From contig CAWGXH010000004.1 of assembly GCA_963826525.1 (NCBI GenBank), positions 384,001 through 448,000 on the forward strand: 64,000 nt of DNA, read 5' to 3'. The number at the start of each line of letters is the position of its first letter. Position 1 is the first letter of the stretch. The stretch is from an uncultured Methanomicrobiaceae archaeon. Lineage in GTDB: Archaea > Halobacteriota > Methanomicrobia > Methanomicrobiales > Methanoculleaceae. Below the pieces are notes generated by a model. That model worked only from the letters and a program-made list of their open reading frames with translations, searched no databases and was not told where the DNA came from. The translations under genes were made by a program, and so were the position numbers. Positions 52,985 to 63,208 of the stretch are shown in pieces.

Positions 52985-53409
52985 AGCGGGTGGTGGCGAC
53001 CGGCACCTTCGACATCCTCCACCCGGGACACCTCTACTACCTGGAGGAGTCACGCAGACTCGGCGACGAACTCCATGTTATCGTCGCACGCGACGTCAAC
53101 GTCAAGCATAAACCAAAGCCCATCGTTCCGGAGGAGCAGCGTCTGCAGATGATCGTTGCACTCAAACCCGTCGATCACGCCCGGCTTGGAGATCCGCACG
53201 ATATGTTCCTCCCGATCGAGGAGATCGATCCTGCGATCATCACGCTCGGTTTCAACCAGCACTTCAGCGAAGAGAAACTGAAAGAAGCGCTCCGCGCACG
53301 GGGGCTCGACGCAGAGGTGGTGCGGATCCCCGGCTACCGGAACCGGCTCGCGAGCTCCTCGCAGATCATCGACCGTATTCTGAAGACCCGGCCGATTCCC
53401 GACCGGTAG
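52981..53409 (+). CDS. ribL: Archaeal FAD synthase (cytidylyltransferase family)
   Basis: VVATGTFDILHPGH, VIVARD, P..PEEQR, SSSQI. Confidence 0.88.
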   Translation: MKRVVATGTFDILHPGHLYYLEESRRLGDELHVIVARDVNVKHKPKPIVPEEQRLQMIVALKPVDHARLGDPHDMFLPIEEIDPAIITLGFNQHFSEEKLKEALRARGLDAEVVRIPGYRNRLASSSQIIDRILKTRPIPDR

Positions 53410-53432
53410 ACCCTACCCCAAAGACGCAGCCC

Positions 53433-54113
53433 ATGCAGCAGATTGCAGGATGGATAGAGAATGACGAGATCAGAGATCCCCGCTCGCTCGCTCTGCGACT
53501 CGGGATTCCCCTCGGCATCTGCGGGATCTATATCCTGATCACCTGGCTCGTCCTTCCTTTCCAGGAGTTCCTGCTCCTCTTCGGAATGATGGTCGCCTAT
53601 GTCGTCCCTCCGGCAGGCAGGGAAGTGGTCATCCCCGTCAGCATCGTGCTCGGTATCCCCTGGTGGCTGATCGCATTCACCCTCGCTTTCCTGGACTTCG
53701 CCGGCGGGCTGTTCATGGCATGGAACTTCCCGCTCGCCCTGAAGATTCCGATCGTCGGTCCCTGGATACAGCGGTTCTCGACAGCAGGCCACATCTACCT
53801 CGAACGCCGGCCGTGGCTCGAAAAACTGTACTTCAGCGGCCTCATCCTCTTCGTCACCCTCCCCTTCGAAGGATCGGGAAGCATTACCGGAACGATCATC
53901 GGCCGGATGCTCGGGATGGGAAAGACCGAGGTGCTCACCTGCATCACTATCGGTGGGATCATCGGGAGTTTCGGCCTCGCGCTCGGAGCCGAATACGTCA
54001 CCGGGCTCATCCTGCTGGACGTCACCCTCGCAGCCTCCGTCGCCGTCTTCGTCCTGATCGGCGTAGCCATCGCCGTGATGTATCGGAGTTACGTCCGCCG
54101 CAGGAAGGCCTAG
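53433..54113 (+). CDS. Small multidrug-export-like membrane protein
   Basis: PPAGREVVIP, GLILFV.LPFEGSG..TG motif; several TM helices. Confidence 0.8.
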   Translation: MQQIAGWIENDEIRDPRSLALRLGIPLGICGIYILITWLVLPFQEFLLLFGMMVAYVVPPAGREVVIPVSIVLGIPWWLIAFTLAFLDFAGGLFMAWNFPLALKIPIVGPWIQRFSTAGHIYLERRPWLEKLYFSGLILFVTLPFEGSGSITGTIIGRMLGMGKTEVLTCITIGGIIGSFGLALGAEYVTGLILLDVTLAASVAVFVLIGVAIAVMYRSYVRRRKA

Positions 54114-54175
54114 CGAAGAATGGCCGCAAAGAGCAACCGATATAGCACAAACGATACATATACGAGGTGATGCCG

Positions 54176-54631
54176 ATGGATAAAACCCCAATAGAGCTCG
54201 AAACGCTGCTCGGATACACGTTCACCGACAGGACGCTGCTCGAACGTGCACTGACACGCCCGGCCTACGCCCGCGAGCAGGGGCTCAGCGAAGACCGGCA
54301 CCAGGAGGCGCTGGCCACGCTCGGCGATGCGGTGATCAGCGTGATCGTCATCCAGTCGATCATCGCAAGAGGACTTCATAAAAAAGGGGATATCACTACT
54401 GAGAAGATGAAGATCGTCAGCATGCTGCCGCTGAACGAGGTCGGCCGGACGATGCACCTCGAGGAGTATATCCGGTTCGGCAAGGGAGAGGTAAAACAGG
54501 AGATCTGGCGGTACAGCGATGCGCTCACGGAGACACTTGAGGCGATCGTCGGGGCGGTCTTCCAGGACTCGGGGATGGCGGTGGCGGCCGAACGGGTTCT
54601 CTACTCAGTGCAGTGCATCCGCCCCAGCTAA
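54176..54631 (+). CDS. RNase III nuclease-domain protein without dsRBD
   Basis: LGY.F.D..LL..ALT, QEALATLGDAV, L.ETLEAIVGAVF.DSG. Confidence 0.82.
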   Translation: MDKTPIELETLLGYTFTDRTLLERALTRPAYAREQGLSEDRHQEALATLGDAVISVIVIQSIIARGLHKKGDITTEKMKIVSMLPLNEVGRTMHLEEYIRFGKGEVKQEIWRYSDALTETLEAIVGAVFQDSGMAVAAERVLYSVQCIRPS

Positions 54632-55329
54632 GCCGTCTGCAGGGCGTCCCAGACCAGGTTCCGCTCGAGGATCACCCAGTAGCGCTTTAGTTCTTCCTCG
54701 GCACGCCGGTACCCGGGGTAGTGGCACCGGACGAGGTCCCAGGTACGCCCGGGAATGGTTGTGTTCCCGGAGGTGCGCGAGCTCGTGGACGACGATATAT
54801 TCCCGAAGCGTCTCCGGGAGGGCAATCACCTTCAGATTATAGTTCAGGTTCCCGCACGACGAACAGCTCCCCCATTTCGTCCGCTGCATCCGCACCGTCA
54901 CCCGCCCGGTCGCCCCCCCGGATAGATCGGGTACCGGGCGGCGTCCGCGGCGACCGCTCGTTTCAGCATCTCCGTAAGGTTTCTCTTCAGGCTCCCGGGA
55001 GATGAGCAGGTGACCGTTCCCTGCTCCTCGTCGATCCGGAACCGCGACCCTTCGGCGAGACGGTAGTATCTTCCGTTCAGGAGCAGGCAGTCCTCGTTTC
55101 CCCTCCCCGTCTCGGCCTGGCGATCGAGATCGCTTCGCCGCTCTCCGATCCACCCGGAATACCGCGCAAGAAAAGCCTCAACGTCGAACGAACGCGGGGC
55201 GACGACCCGGATCGTCCCGTCCGGCCTGATCTGAAGGCGGGCGGCCTTCACCGATTTTCGAACGACGGTCACTTCCACCGGCACCCCGGCCGGGTCAACC
55301 CACTTCACGTCTGCACTGCTCCTGATCAC
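54628..55329 (-). CDS. YgjP/SprT-like (DUF45) zinc metalloprotease; apparent frameshift near the C-run ~54912-54919
   Basis: MQRTKWGSCS, YIVVHELAHL.E.NHSR..W in two joined frames. Confidence 0.85.
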
Positions 55330-55471
55330 CAGTGAGATGGGAAAAGAGAAAAACCGTCACCATACGGGTGCTCCCGGGATGCGCAGGCGTGAACTCACCC
55401 GTCCTTATTGCGTGGGTTTCCTGCTTCATTCCACAAGATCGAGAGCCTCCGGCGGTATTGCCAATAGATAG

Positions 55472-56157
55472 TTATCGGGGATTTACGCGATACCTCTGCA
55501 CGGCATACTGGTATAGCACGACCAGGATGATCAAGAGGAGCGTGCCGATCACATAACTCCCAATCACGTCGCTGGCCCAGTGGGCTCCGAGGTAAATCCT
55601 TGAAGGGGCGATGAGCATAATGAGAACGCCGCAGATCCCGACGATACACGAGCGCAGCCAGCCCGAGAGATGCAGCCAGCCGAGGTAGCCCACGAATCCG
55701 AAGAAGACGACGAAGAAGAGGACGTGTCCGCTTGGGAAGCTGGTACTTGTCGACGGCCAGGAAGAGATCGACAGGGTTCAGGGAGTATAGGGGAGGACGG
55801 GGGCGGCCGACCAGCACCTTGAGAACCGCGTCGATGACCACGCTGCTCAGGGTCGCCAGTACGAAGACCGCCTCGATCCACATGCGCCGGACGAGGAACA
55901 CCAGGGTTACCGAGCCGATCAGGACTCCCCCATACAGAGGGGTCCCGAGAGCACTTACGCCCTGCATTGCCATGGCAAATACCGGACTATGGATCTCCTG
56001 CAGTTCGTGGGTCACCTGGAAGATCGAAGGGGAACGTCGCGAATACGTGTGCGGCGACGGACAGCCCTATCCCGCAGGCGAGCAGCAGAAAGATCACGGT
56101 CTTTACCCCCGGTCCATCGCGTGCTCTTCTCGATACCGGAGCGAAGAATGTTTCCAT
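55472..56157 (-). CDS. PAP2 family membrane phosphatase (two apparent frameshifts)
   Basis: K....RPRP, FPSGH (shifted frame), SRIYLGAHW.SDV.G. Confidence 0.82.
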
Positions 56158-56352
56158 CAGGTCGGAACACGTTCATCGGGGAGATAAGGCCGGGGACGTC
56201 CCGCTCCGCCCCGAACACCCCCGCAGGTATAATAATCTCCGGAAACCGTACCATGGTTATAGATCTCTGCAAACCCGGTCCGGGTTACCGGAAGAGCAGC
56301 CGACGAAGACGCCATCCAATGCATGGTCGGATGGGCACACCGGAGTGGCCGC

Positions 56353-56939
56353 ATGAAAGAGAAAGAACTGAAGATCGACGATATCGCCCAACTCACCGGA
56401 CTCTCGGTCGAGGGGGTCAGGCATCTGGTCAGGGAGTACGACGACCTCTTCTCGTACCGGACGCTGGGAAGAGTCAAACTCTTCTCGCAGAGAGCAGTCA
56501 AGACGGTTCAGAACCTGAAAGAACTAGCCGGAAAGGGGCTCGCTCCCGACGAGGTGCGGAACGAAGTCCGCGCCGGGAAGATTCCGCAGCCTCCCGCAGG
56601 CGGCGCGGAGGAGAGCGACGGAACCGATGCCCTCGGGCGTTCGAGCTCGCCCCCCGAGATCGTCATCGAGTTCCGGACGATGCAGGATGCACTCGCTCAC
56701 CAGCACCGGCAGATTGCACGGCTCACCGACGACCTCGCGCAGGAGCGGGCGGTCGAGAGAGGCCGATATCGCAGGACTGCTCCGAGTGATCGAGCAGGAT
56801 GGCCGACCGCCTCGACCGGCAGGAACAGAAACTCGGGGTTATCGCCGAGTGGGTGGAGTACTTCGAGGCCAGGGTCGATGCAACCGACGCTCTTCTAAAC
56901 AGGACGCTCCTCGACCGGATACGGGAAGCGCTCCAATAA
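56353..56939 (+). CDS. MerR-type HTH protein with C-terminal coiled coil (apparent frameshift(s) ~56760-56830)
   Basis: LKIDDIAQLTGLS..GVR HTH; shifted-frame tail IAEWVEYFEARVD...EALQ ends TAA 56939. Confidence 0.7.
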
Positions 56940-56970
56940 GATCCTCATCCGCCACCGGCGGATCAACCGT

Positions 56971-57141
56971 TCAAAACTCTTCCTGCTTGCAGTGCCCGGC
57001 GACCTGCGCATCCTGCCAGCCACACCCGGAGCAGACCCTGGTCTTCACAATCCGATATTCGTTCAGCCTCGCCTGCTCGAGTTTCTCGGAGACGCTGAGC
57101 GAACAGCCGCACTCAGGGCATTTCCCCGTAATCCTTCCCAT
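56971..57141 (-). CDS. 56-aa Cys-rich peptide with two CxxCG motifs
   Basis: MGRITGKCPECGC...VCSGCGW...HC; six Cys. Confidence 0.6.
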   Translation of the reverse strand: MGRITGKCPECGCSLSVSEKLEQARLNEYRIVKTRVCSGCGWQDAQVAGHCKQEEF

Positions 57142-57268
57142 GAATTTGCCAAAAAGCGTATGCAATCCCTCTGATAAGACCTGTTCTGCCGGAGAGTCTA
57201 TCCTCCGATTATAAGAAGATATCGAAAACGGCCTCAAAAGAGATTTAAGGGGCCAAAAACCGCGTTTT

Positions 57269-58572
57269 TCACTCCCTGTGCCCGGGATGCCAGTTTTCCA
57301 TATGCTGTGCATGCGTCGAAAGGTACGCCCCCGGGAGATAGAACCGATCGTAAAACGCGGTATCGATATGCTGCGCCTGGAGGTAGGTGAGGACAAAGAT
57401 GCTCGGGACGGTTCCCGGAAACTTCCCGAACCGGTCGTAGATATATTGCGCCTGCAGGCTTACGCACTCTAAAAACTCCTCGTCGAACCGTCGGGCACAC
57501 CCCCGGATGTGCGCGGTCATTTTGTAGGGTCCCGGGGTCTCCGGATGGAACGGGCCGCCAGGTCTGAATTTCCGCTGCACGAGGGCATCGACGGCAGATC
57601 GCATATCCCGGTAGTGAGGCGGGTATACCCCTCGAAGATGCCGGGCAAGCCCGTCGGGTTCGGGAGCGGCCAGCGTTCGTCGGTGTTGTACCGGAACCCG
57701 AGCCCCGGCACCGCCGGGTTGCCGCTGGCGCCGAGGATACTGTAAGGATCGATCCCGTCGTACATCCAGCCACCGAGCCCTGCCACCTGCAGCATGAGCA
57801 TCCCGGCGTAGCAGGAGGTCGAGAGTTCCGCGGTCAGTTCGGCAAGGGAAGTCTGCTCGAGGAACGTCAGGGGGAGTGGGTTATCCACGTCACAGGGGTG
57901 CCGGTACCGCTCCATGCCGTCTATCTCCTCTCCATTCCGGTCATCATAGATGCACTGGCCGTTCTGGAGGTAGTAGCAGAGGGCGGCGAGCGTATGCTGG
58001 GTGAGGTCGCCGACGGGGATGATCAGGGTGCTCCCCAAGTGGTTGGCAATCCACGTGTTATGCCCTTCCACGTACGGCACCTCCGGCGGGAGTTTGAGCC
58101 GTCCGTCGGCTATCATCGTAATCCGGGAGCGGTGTGCTGCAAGGAGGTCTTCGGGCTCGATTCGGTCGTCCCCGGAGCCCCCGGCGAGAGCGGGTGCATC
58201 GCGGGTTTCAAGGAAATATGCGCCGTCGTCGTCGGTGTAAAAGATCTCACTCGTATGAAACCCCCCTGCCGACGGGAACGTCCTGCCCCCGCCAGTACAG
58301 GCGTAGTTCGCGAGGTGCGGGGCGTACCGAGCATTGCGCATGATGAGGTTATGCCACTCGGTATTGCCTGCTGCCGCCGTCAGCACCAGCATCTGTTCGA
58401 GCGCCGAGAGCGGCACGGCCTCGTGCCCCGACGAGTAGCGGAAGTAGCCGTCGGGGATCGCCCCGCCCCGGGAGAAACGCCGTGCCCTCCGGCCGAAGAG
58501 CGCCTGCACCAGCAGGAACGAGAGTGCATCGTCAAAGCCGGGTGGATACATCTGATCGTCCATCTCTGTCAC
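57269..58572 (-). CDS. Nitroreductase-fold (SagB/ThcOx-like) protein; apparent frameshift ~57600-57620
   Basis: LFGRRARRFS and RTFPSAGG FMN-binding-type motifs, GLGGWM; continues in ORF 57269-57604. Confidence 0.7.
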
Positions 58573-58777
58573 CTGCCTGTATAAGCCACCCGGCCCTCAT
58601 GCGCTCAAGGGCAATTGAGGTTTCGCCCCGGGCGGCGGAACGGTGAAGAAAGGACCGCGTCCGGCACCATCCCGGGAGCCCTCAATAGACATTCCATAGA
58701 TTATATATTACCAAATAAATTCAAACGGCAAGGAATAAGTACGAAGGATGCCTTCTCCACGGCCGGTGGTTCACCGT

Positions 58778-59032
58778 ATGCAGTTGCAAAAACTCGCCAT
58801 AGTAGTTGCCATCCTGATCCAGGGGCTGGCCATCGTCAGTCTCCTGGTTGGTGTGGTTGCAGGAGCGCACGGAGTATCCACCGGTGTGGATACTCCCTGG
58901 TCGACAATCAGGCATCCGGAAGAGTCACCCGATGTCACCGCTTCGTTCTACCCGATACTCAGCAACGATTCGGGTTTGTATCCGGACGAGACCGGGATAT
59001 ATGCCTCCCGGACTCTCCACGGGTATCTTTGA
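58778..59032 (+). CDS. Small exported or membrane-anchored hypothetical protein
   Basis: N-terminal hydrophobic helix; TTATATATT box ~75 bp upstream. Confidence 0.55.
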   Translation: MQLQKLAIVVAILIQGLAIVSLLVGVVAGAHGVSTGVDTPWSTIRHPEESPDVTASFYPILSNDSGLYPDETGIYASRTLHGYL

Positions 59033-59147
59033 GACTCTCTTCAAACACCTCCTCTTTTCCGCACCGTCCGCCCATCCGGGGAGACCCCCCCCTGGCGAAA
59101 CACTAAATAGGTGTACGCCCGCTACAGCAGTTCGTGTGTGATGGTCA

Positions 59148-60185
59148 ATGGTAGATCGGAAAAGTCCGGATTACGACCCAAACAGAAGCAGCGTCCGTGC
59201 TCCCGGGAGATACTGGCTATACCTCGTTGCGGGGCTGATCATCGTCTGCACGGTCTCATCGCTGATAATTGCAGCCTCCTGCAGTCCGATTCTGCAGGAA
59301 CCTGATCCGGCCGCCAGGCTCGCAGAAAGCGGCTATGTGTTCGATCCCCGCATCGCCGGGATGCTCGCAGAGGTCAACGAATCGGAGCTCGCGACAACGA
59401 TCGCCGACCTGCAGTCCTTCGAGACCCGGGTGGTCGGGACGGGCGGCAACCGGGAAGCGGCGGCGTACCTCTACGACCGGCTGAACGACACACCGGGGCT
59501 CGAGGTATCCTACCAGGGCGGCGATCTCCGGAATATTATCGCAACTCTCCCGGGAACCGATCCGGCATCCGATGACGTGGTCGTCGTCGGCGCCCACTAC
59601 GACAGCACCTCGTCGGACCCGGAGGATGCACCGGGAGCGACCGATAACGGGGCAGGCGTCGCGATCGTCCTCGAACTGGCACGGATCATGAGCCAGTACC
59701 GGTTCAACGACACCGTCGTATTCGCACTCTGGAACGCCGAAGAGACCGACCGGAGCGGCAGCAGGAGCTACGCCGACCATGCGGCGGAGGAGAATGTTTC
59801 GATCCCGCTCTACCTGAACTTCGACTCCGCAGCCTACGACCCGGAAGGCCGCTTTATACTCGATATCATGCACGACGAATACGGTTCGCCTGTTGCAGAC
59901 CGTATGATCCGTCATAACGCCCTGTACGGGATCAACCTGACCCTGACGGAGAACGTCCATAACTGCACGTCGGATCACATACCCTTCCGCGACCAGGGAT
60001 ACGTGGCCGTGATGACGCATGCGGAGACCCACGGACCTGCCCACACCCCGGAGGATACCGCAGACAAGGTCTCGCTGCCGTACGCGAAGAGGAACGCGGA
60101 ACTCGGGATGTCGGTGCTGGCCGCGGTCGCCGGGGTGCAGGATAACGGAACGGAGGCATCCGGGGAGGAGGGAATCCGGGAATAA
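59148..60185 (+). CDS. M28 family aminopeptidase, copy 1 (exported)
   Basis: GAHYDS, PGATDNGAG, NAEE, LNFD, SDH..F, HTPEDT. Confidence 0.92.
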   Translation: MVDRKSPDYDPNRSSVRAPGRYWLYLVAGLIIVCTVSSLIIAASCSPILQEPDPAARLAESGYVFDPRIAGMLAEVNESELATTIADLQSFETRVVGTGGNREAAAYLYDRLNDTPGLEVSYQGGDLRNIIATLPGTDPASDDVVVVGAHYDSTSSDPEDAPGATDNGAGVAIVLELARIMSQYRFNDTVVFALWNAEETDRSGSRSYADHAAEENVSIPLYLNFDSAAYDPEGRFILDIMHDEYGSPVADRMIRHNALYGINLTLTENVHNCTSDHIPFRDQGYVAVMTHAETHGPAHTPEDTADKVSLPYAKRNAELGMSVLAAVAGVQDNGTEASGEEGIRE

Positions 60186-60222
60186 GCTCCGAACCGGAGC
60201 CAGTTCCGGGACGTGACTGCCG

Positions 60223-61308
60223 ATGACTTCCGGACGAGAGCCGTGCACCGGCGGTCACCTGCGGACGCTCCGCCGCATCCTTCTCCTTATCGCTATCGCA
60301 TCGGCGCTGGCCGCCTCTGCGGTGGGCGGTTCACCGGTGCAGCATCCTGCCGGCCTGCCCACGTACGATCCGGCCATTGCAGGACTGCTCGCAGAGGTCA
60401 ACGAGTCCGGGCTCGCGGCCACGGTCGACGACCTGCAGTCCTTCGAGACCCGGGTGGTCGGGACGGACGGCAACCGGGAGGCGGCGACGTACCTCTACGA
60501 CCGACTGAACGACATACCGGGGCTCGAGGTTTCGTACCAGGGGGGCGATCTCCGGAATATTATCGCAACCCTTCCGGGAACCGATCCGGCATCCGATGCC
60601 GTGGTCGTCGTCGGAGCCCACTACGACAGCATCTCGTCGGATCCCGATAACGCACCGGGCGCGACCGATAACGGAGCGGGCGTCGCGATCGTCCTCGAAC
60701 TGGCACGGATCATGAGCCGGCAGCGGTTCGGTCACACCGTCGAGTTCGCGTTCTGGAACGCCGAGGAGGTCGGCCGGGTCGGCAGCATATGGTATGCCGA
60801 CCGTGCAGCAGAGGAAAATGTTTCGATCCCGCTCTACCTGAACTACGACTCCGCAGCCTACGACCCGGAGAACCGCTCGCAGCTGAACATCCTGTACAAC
60901 ACAGAGGCAGAAGGCGTGGCGGATCTGGCGGTGCACGACCTCGCCCTCTACACCATCAGTCTCACACCGACCCGGGACCCGAACACCTACATGTCGGATC
61001 ACGTCTCGTTCTGGTCAGCGGGCTATCCGGCCCTTATGGCTCATGCACCGCGGCCGCGCTGGCCTGCCCATACCCCGGAGGACACCATCGAGAAGGTCTC
61101 CTTCCCGTATGCAGCGAGGAACGCACAGCTCGGTCTTGCGGTTCTGGCAGAGGTCGCCGGCCTGAACGGAACATCCGGCTACCAGGAGACCGAAAGTGCC
61201 CCTCTGTGGGGCACCATTGTCCCATCTTTCGGGAGAACGCCAACCGGCCATCCTGCAGCGGCGGCACCGTCAGGTATAATGGAACATATGGTATATCTGG
61301 CCGCATGA
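60223..61308 (+). CDS. M28 family aminopeptidase, copy 2 (exported)
   Basis: Same motifs; DNA nearly identical to copy 1 over ~300 bp. Confidence 0.92.
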   Translation: MTSGREPCTGGHLRTLRRILLLIAIASALAASAVGGSPVQHPAGLPTYDPAIAGLLAEVNESGLAATVDDLQSFETRVVGTDGNREAATYLYDRLNDIPGLEVSYQGGDLRNIIATLPGTDPASDAVVVVGAHYDSISSDPDNAPGATDNGAGVAIVLELARIMSRQRFGHTVEFAFWNAEEVGRVGSIWYADRAAEENVSIPLYLNYDSAAYDPENRSQLNILYNTEAEGVADLAVHDLALYTISLTPTRDPNTYMSDHVSFWSAGYPALMAHAPRPRWPAHTPEDTIEKVSFPYAARNAQLGLAVLAEVAGLNGTSGYQETESAPLWGTIVPSFGRTPTGHPAAAAPSGIMEHMVYLAA

Positions 61309-62129
61309 CCGAAGGTACCATTCTTGTCACCGGCTCGACCGACGGGATCGGCAGGGCGACCGCACACGCCCTCGCAGAGCAGGGCTACCAGGTCCTCGTT
61401 CACGGCAGAAACGAGGCGAAAGGCCGCCGCGTCGTACGGGAGATACAGGACGCGACGGGCTCTGACCGGCTCGACCTTTTCATCGCCGATCTTGCCGACC
61501 AGCAGAAGGTCAGAAACCTTGCCGCCTCCGTCAGTGACCGGTACGACCGCCTCGACGTGCTCATCAACAACGCCGGGGTCTTTCAGCCCCGAAGGGAACT
61601 TGCACCCGGAGGGGTAGAGATGACCTTCGCCGTCAACTTCCTCGCAGAGTTCCTGCTCACCCACGAGCTGCTGCCGCTTCTCAATGAAAGCGCTCCTGCC
61701 CGGATCGTCAACGTCGCATCCATCGCTCACCGGAGCGTGCACAGAGTCCGCTGGGAGAACCTCCCGCAGGAGAGAGAGTATGACCCCTACACCGTCTACG
61801 CCGTCTCGAAACTCGGCGTGGTCGCTTTCACCATGCGGCTTGCCCCGATGCTGGCGGAGACGGGCGTCACCGTGAACTGCCTTCACCCGGGGGTGATCGA
61901 TACCAAACTGCTCAGGGCATATAGCGGAGGGGGCGTTGACGGTGCCCCACCCGAGGAGGGAGCACAGGTCGAGGTCTACGTCGCCACATCTCCCGATACC
62001 GCCGGCGTGAACGGAAAGTACTTCGAGAAGAAGGAGCCGATGGGGCCGTCGTCGCTTGCTCTCGATCCCGGACTGCAGGAGCGGTTCTGGGAGATCGGCA
62101 CGAATCTGACCGGGATCGAGGGATGGTAG
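61305..62129 (+). CDS. Short-chain dehydrogenase/reductase (retinol-DH-like)
   Basis: VTGSTDGIG, LINNAG, VNVAS, YAVSK, LHPG. Confidence 0.93.
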   Translation: MTEGTILVTGSTDGIGRATAHALAEQGYQVLVHGRNEAKGRRVVREIQDATGSDRLDLFIADLADQQKVRNLAASVSDRYDRLDVLINNAGVFQPRRELAPGGVEMTFAVNFLAEFLLTHELLPLLNESAPARIVNVASIAHRSVHRVRWENLPQEREYDPYTVYAVSKLGVVAFTMRLAPMLAETGVTVNCLHPGVIDTKLLRAYSGGGVDGAPPEEGAQVEVYVATSPDTAGVNGKYFEKKEPMGPSSLALDPGLQERFWEIGTNLTGIEGW

Positions 62130-62163
62130 CTCCGGCCGGGGGATCGTACCGACAGGGATAGTA

Positions 62164-62171
62164 TTTATAAG
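62164..62171 (+). promoter_or_regulatory. TATA box
   Basis: TTTATAAG in GC-rich surroundings. Confidence 0.65.
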
Positions 62172-62190
62172 GGGAATAGCCCAGAAAGCC

Positions 62191-62294
62191 CTCTCTGACG
62201 GGGGCAGCCGGAGGGTCGGAGGATACCGATCTCCGTAACGATCTCCGGAATACTCGTCGGAGAGAACTCTGGACAGAGCGCGGCACTGTGGCCG
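62191..62294 (+). ncRNA. Candidate structured 5' leader or small RNA
   Basis: Nested stems: 62191-62200 pairs with 62255-62264, 62208-62218 with 62239-62248; small hairpins follow; begins ~20 nt after the TATA box. Confidence 0.4.
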
Positions 62295-62317
62295 GGTAGA
62301 GTATGGAGGCAATTCAT

Positions 62318-62626
62318 ATGGCAAACGTACAGGAACAGATGAAAGAAGGGGAGACAGGACCCGTTTCGTTCTCCTGCTACCGGGTCAACCCGGGGGAGAA
62401 GGGGATTCCCGAAGAGGGTATGAACACCTACAGCGTCGTCGTGCTGCTGCCCGACGGCAAGTTCGTGCACCAGATCGTCTGGGCAAAGAACCCGGAGGAT
62501 GTCGCGGATTCGATCCGGGTGCCGGACGGGACGCGGGTGATCATGACGCAGATGGCCGAGCTCCTCGTCTGGGACAGCGGCCAGGTTGAGGCTGAGTGGG
62601 AGCAGGAGGCAGCGCCGACGCCCTGA
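62318..62626 (+). CDS. Hypothetical acidic protein (102 aa)
   Basis: GGAGG SD, coding-like GC3, T7 run at 62666-62672. Confidence 0.75.
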   Translation: MANVQEQMKEGETGPVSFSCYRVNPGEKGIPEEGMNTYSVVVLLPDGKFVHQIVWAKNPEDVADSIRVPDGTRVIMTQMAELLVWDSGQVEAEWEQEAAPTP

Positions 62627-62710
62627 TCGAATCGGGGAGCAACCGGAAAGACCGATCCGCCCATCTTTTTTTCTCCCGGCGCCTACCCCGAAGGCAGGAC
62701 GGGTTCCAGC

Positions 62711-63172
62711 ATGACGGAGATCACCATCGAGAGGGTCAGCGACCGGAATTTTCACGAGTTCACCGCTCTTGTAGAAGCACTTGCAGAATACGAGCACCTT
62801 GCGCCGCCCGACGAGAGTGCCCGGGAACGGCTACGGGCCGATGCACTCAGCGAGCGTCCGCGATACGAGGCTTTTGTCGCAAGGGCGGGCGGCAGAGCAG
62901 TCGGGTACGTCACCATTTTCTTCACCTACTCGACCTTTCTCGCCCGGCCGACCCTGTACCTGGAGGATATCTTTGTCCTGGAAGAGTACCGCTCGCGGGG
63001 CATCGGGAGAGCACTCTTCGATCTCTGCCGGAGCCTCGCGAAGGAGCGCGGATGCGGGCGGATCGAGTGGATGGTGCTGACCTGGAATGAACCGGCGATC
63101 CGGTTTTATGAAAAGCGCGGCGGGGAACGGCTCGACTGGTATGTCTACCGGTTAACCGCCGAGAAGTTCTGA
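62711..63172 (+). CDS. GNAT N-acetyltransferase (SSAT/spermidine acetyltransferase-like)
   Basis: LAEYE, YSTF.....LYLEDIFV...YRSRGIG, VLTWNEPAIRFY. Confidence 0.93.
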   Translation: MTEITIERVSDRNFHEFTALVEALAEYEHLAPPDESARERLRADALSERPRYEAFVARAGGRAVGYVTIFFTYSTFLARPTLYLEDIFVLEEYRSRGIGRALFDLCRSLAKERGCGRIEWMVLTWNEPAIRFYEKRGGERLDWYVYRLTAEKF

Positions 63173-63208
63173 ACGGCACGCTCCCGGCGGTTACCGGCCG
63201 GGATGAAC

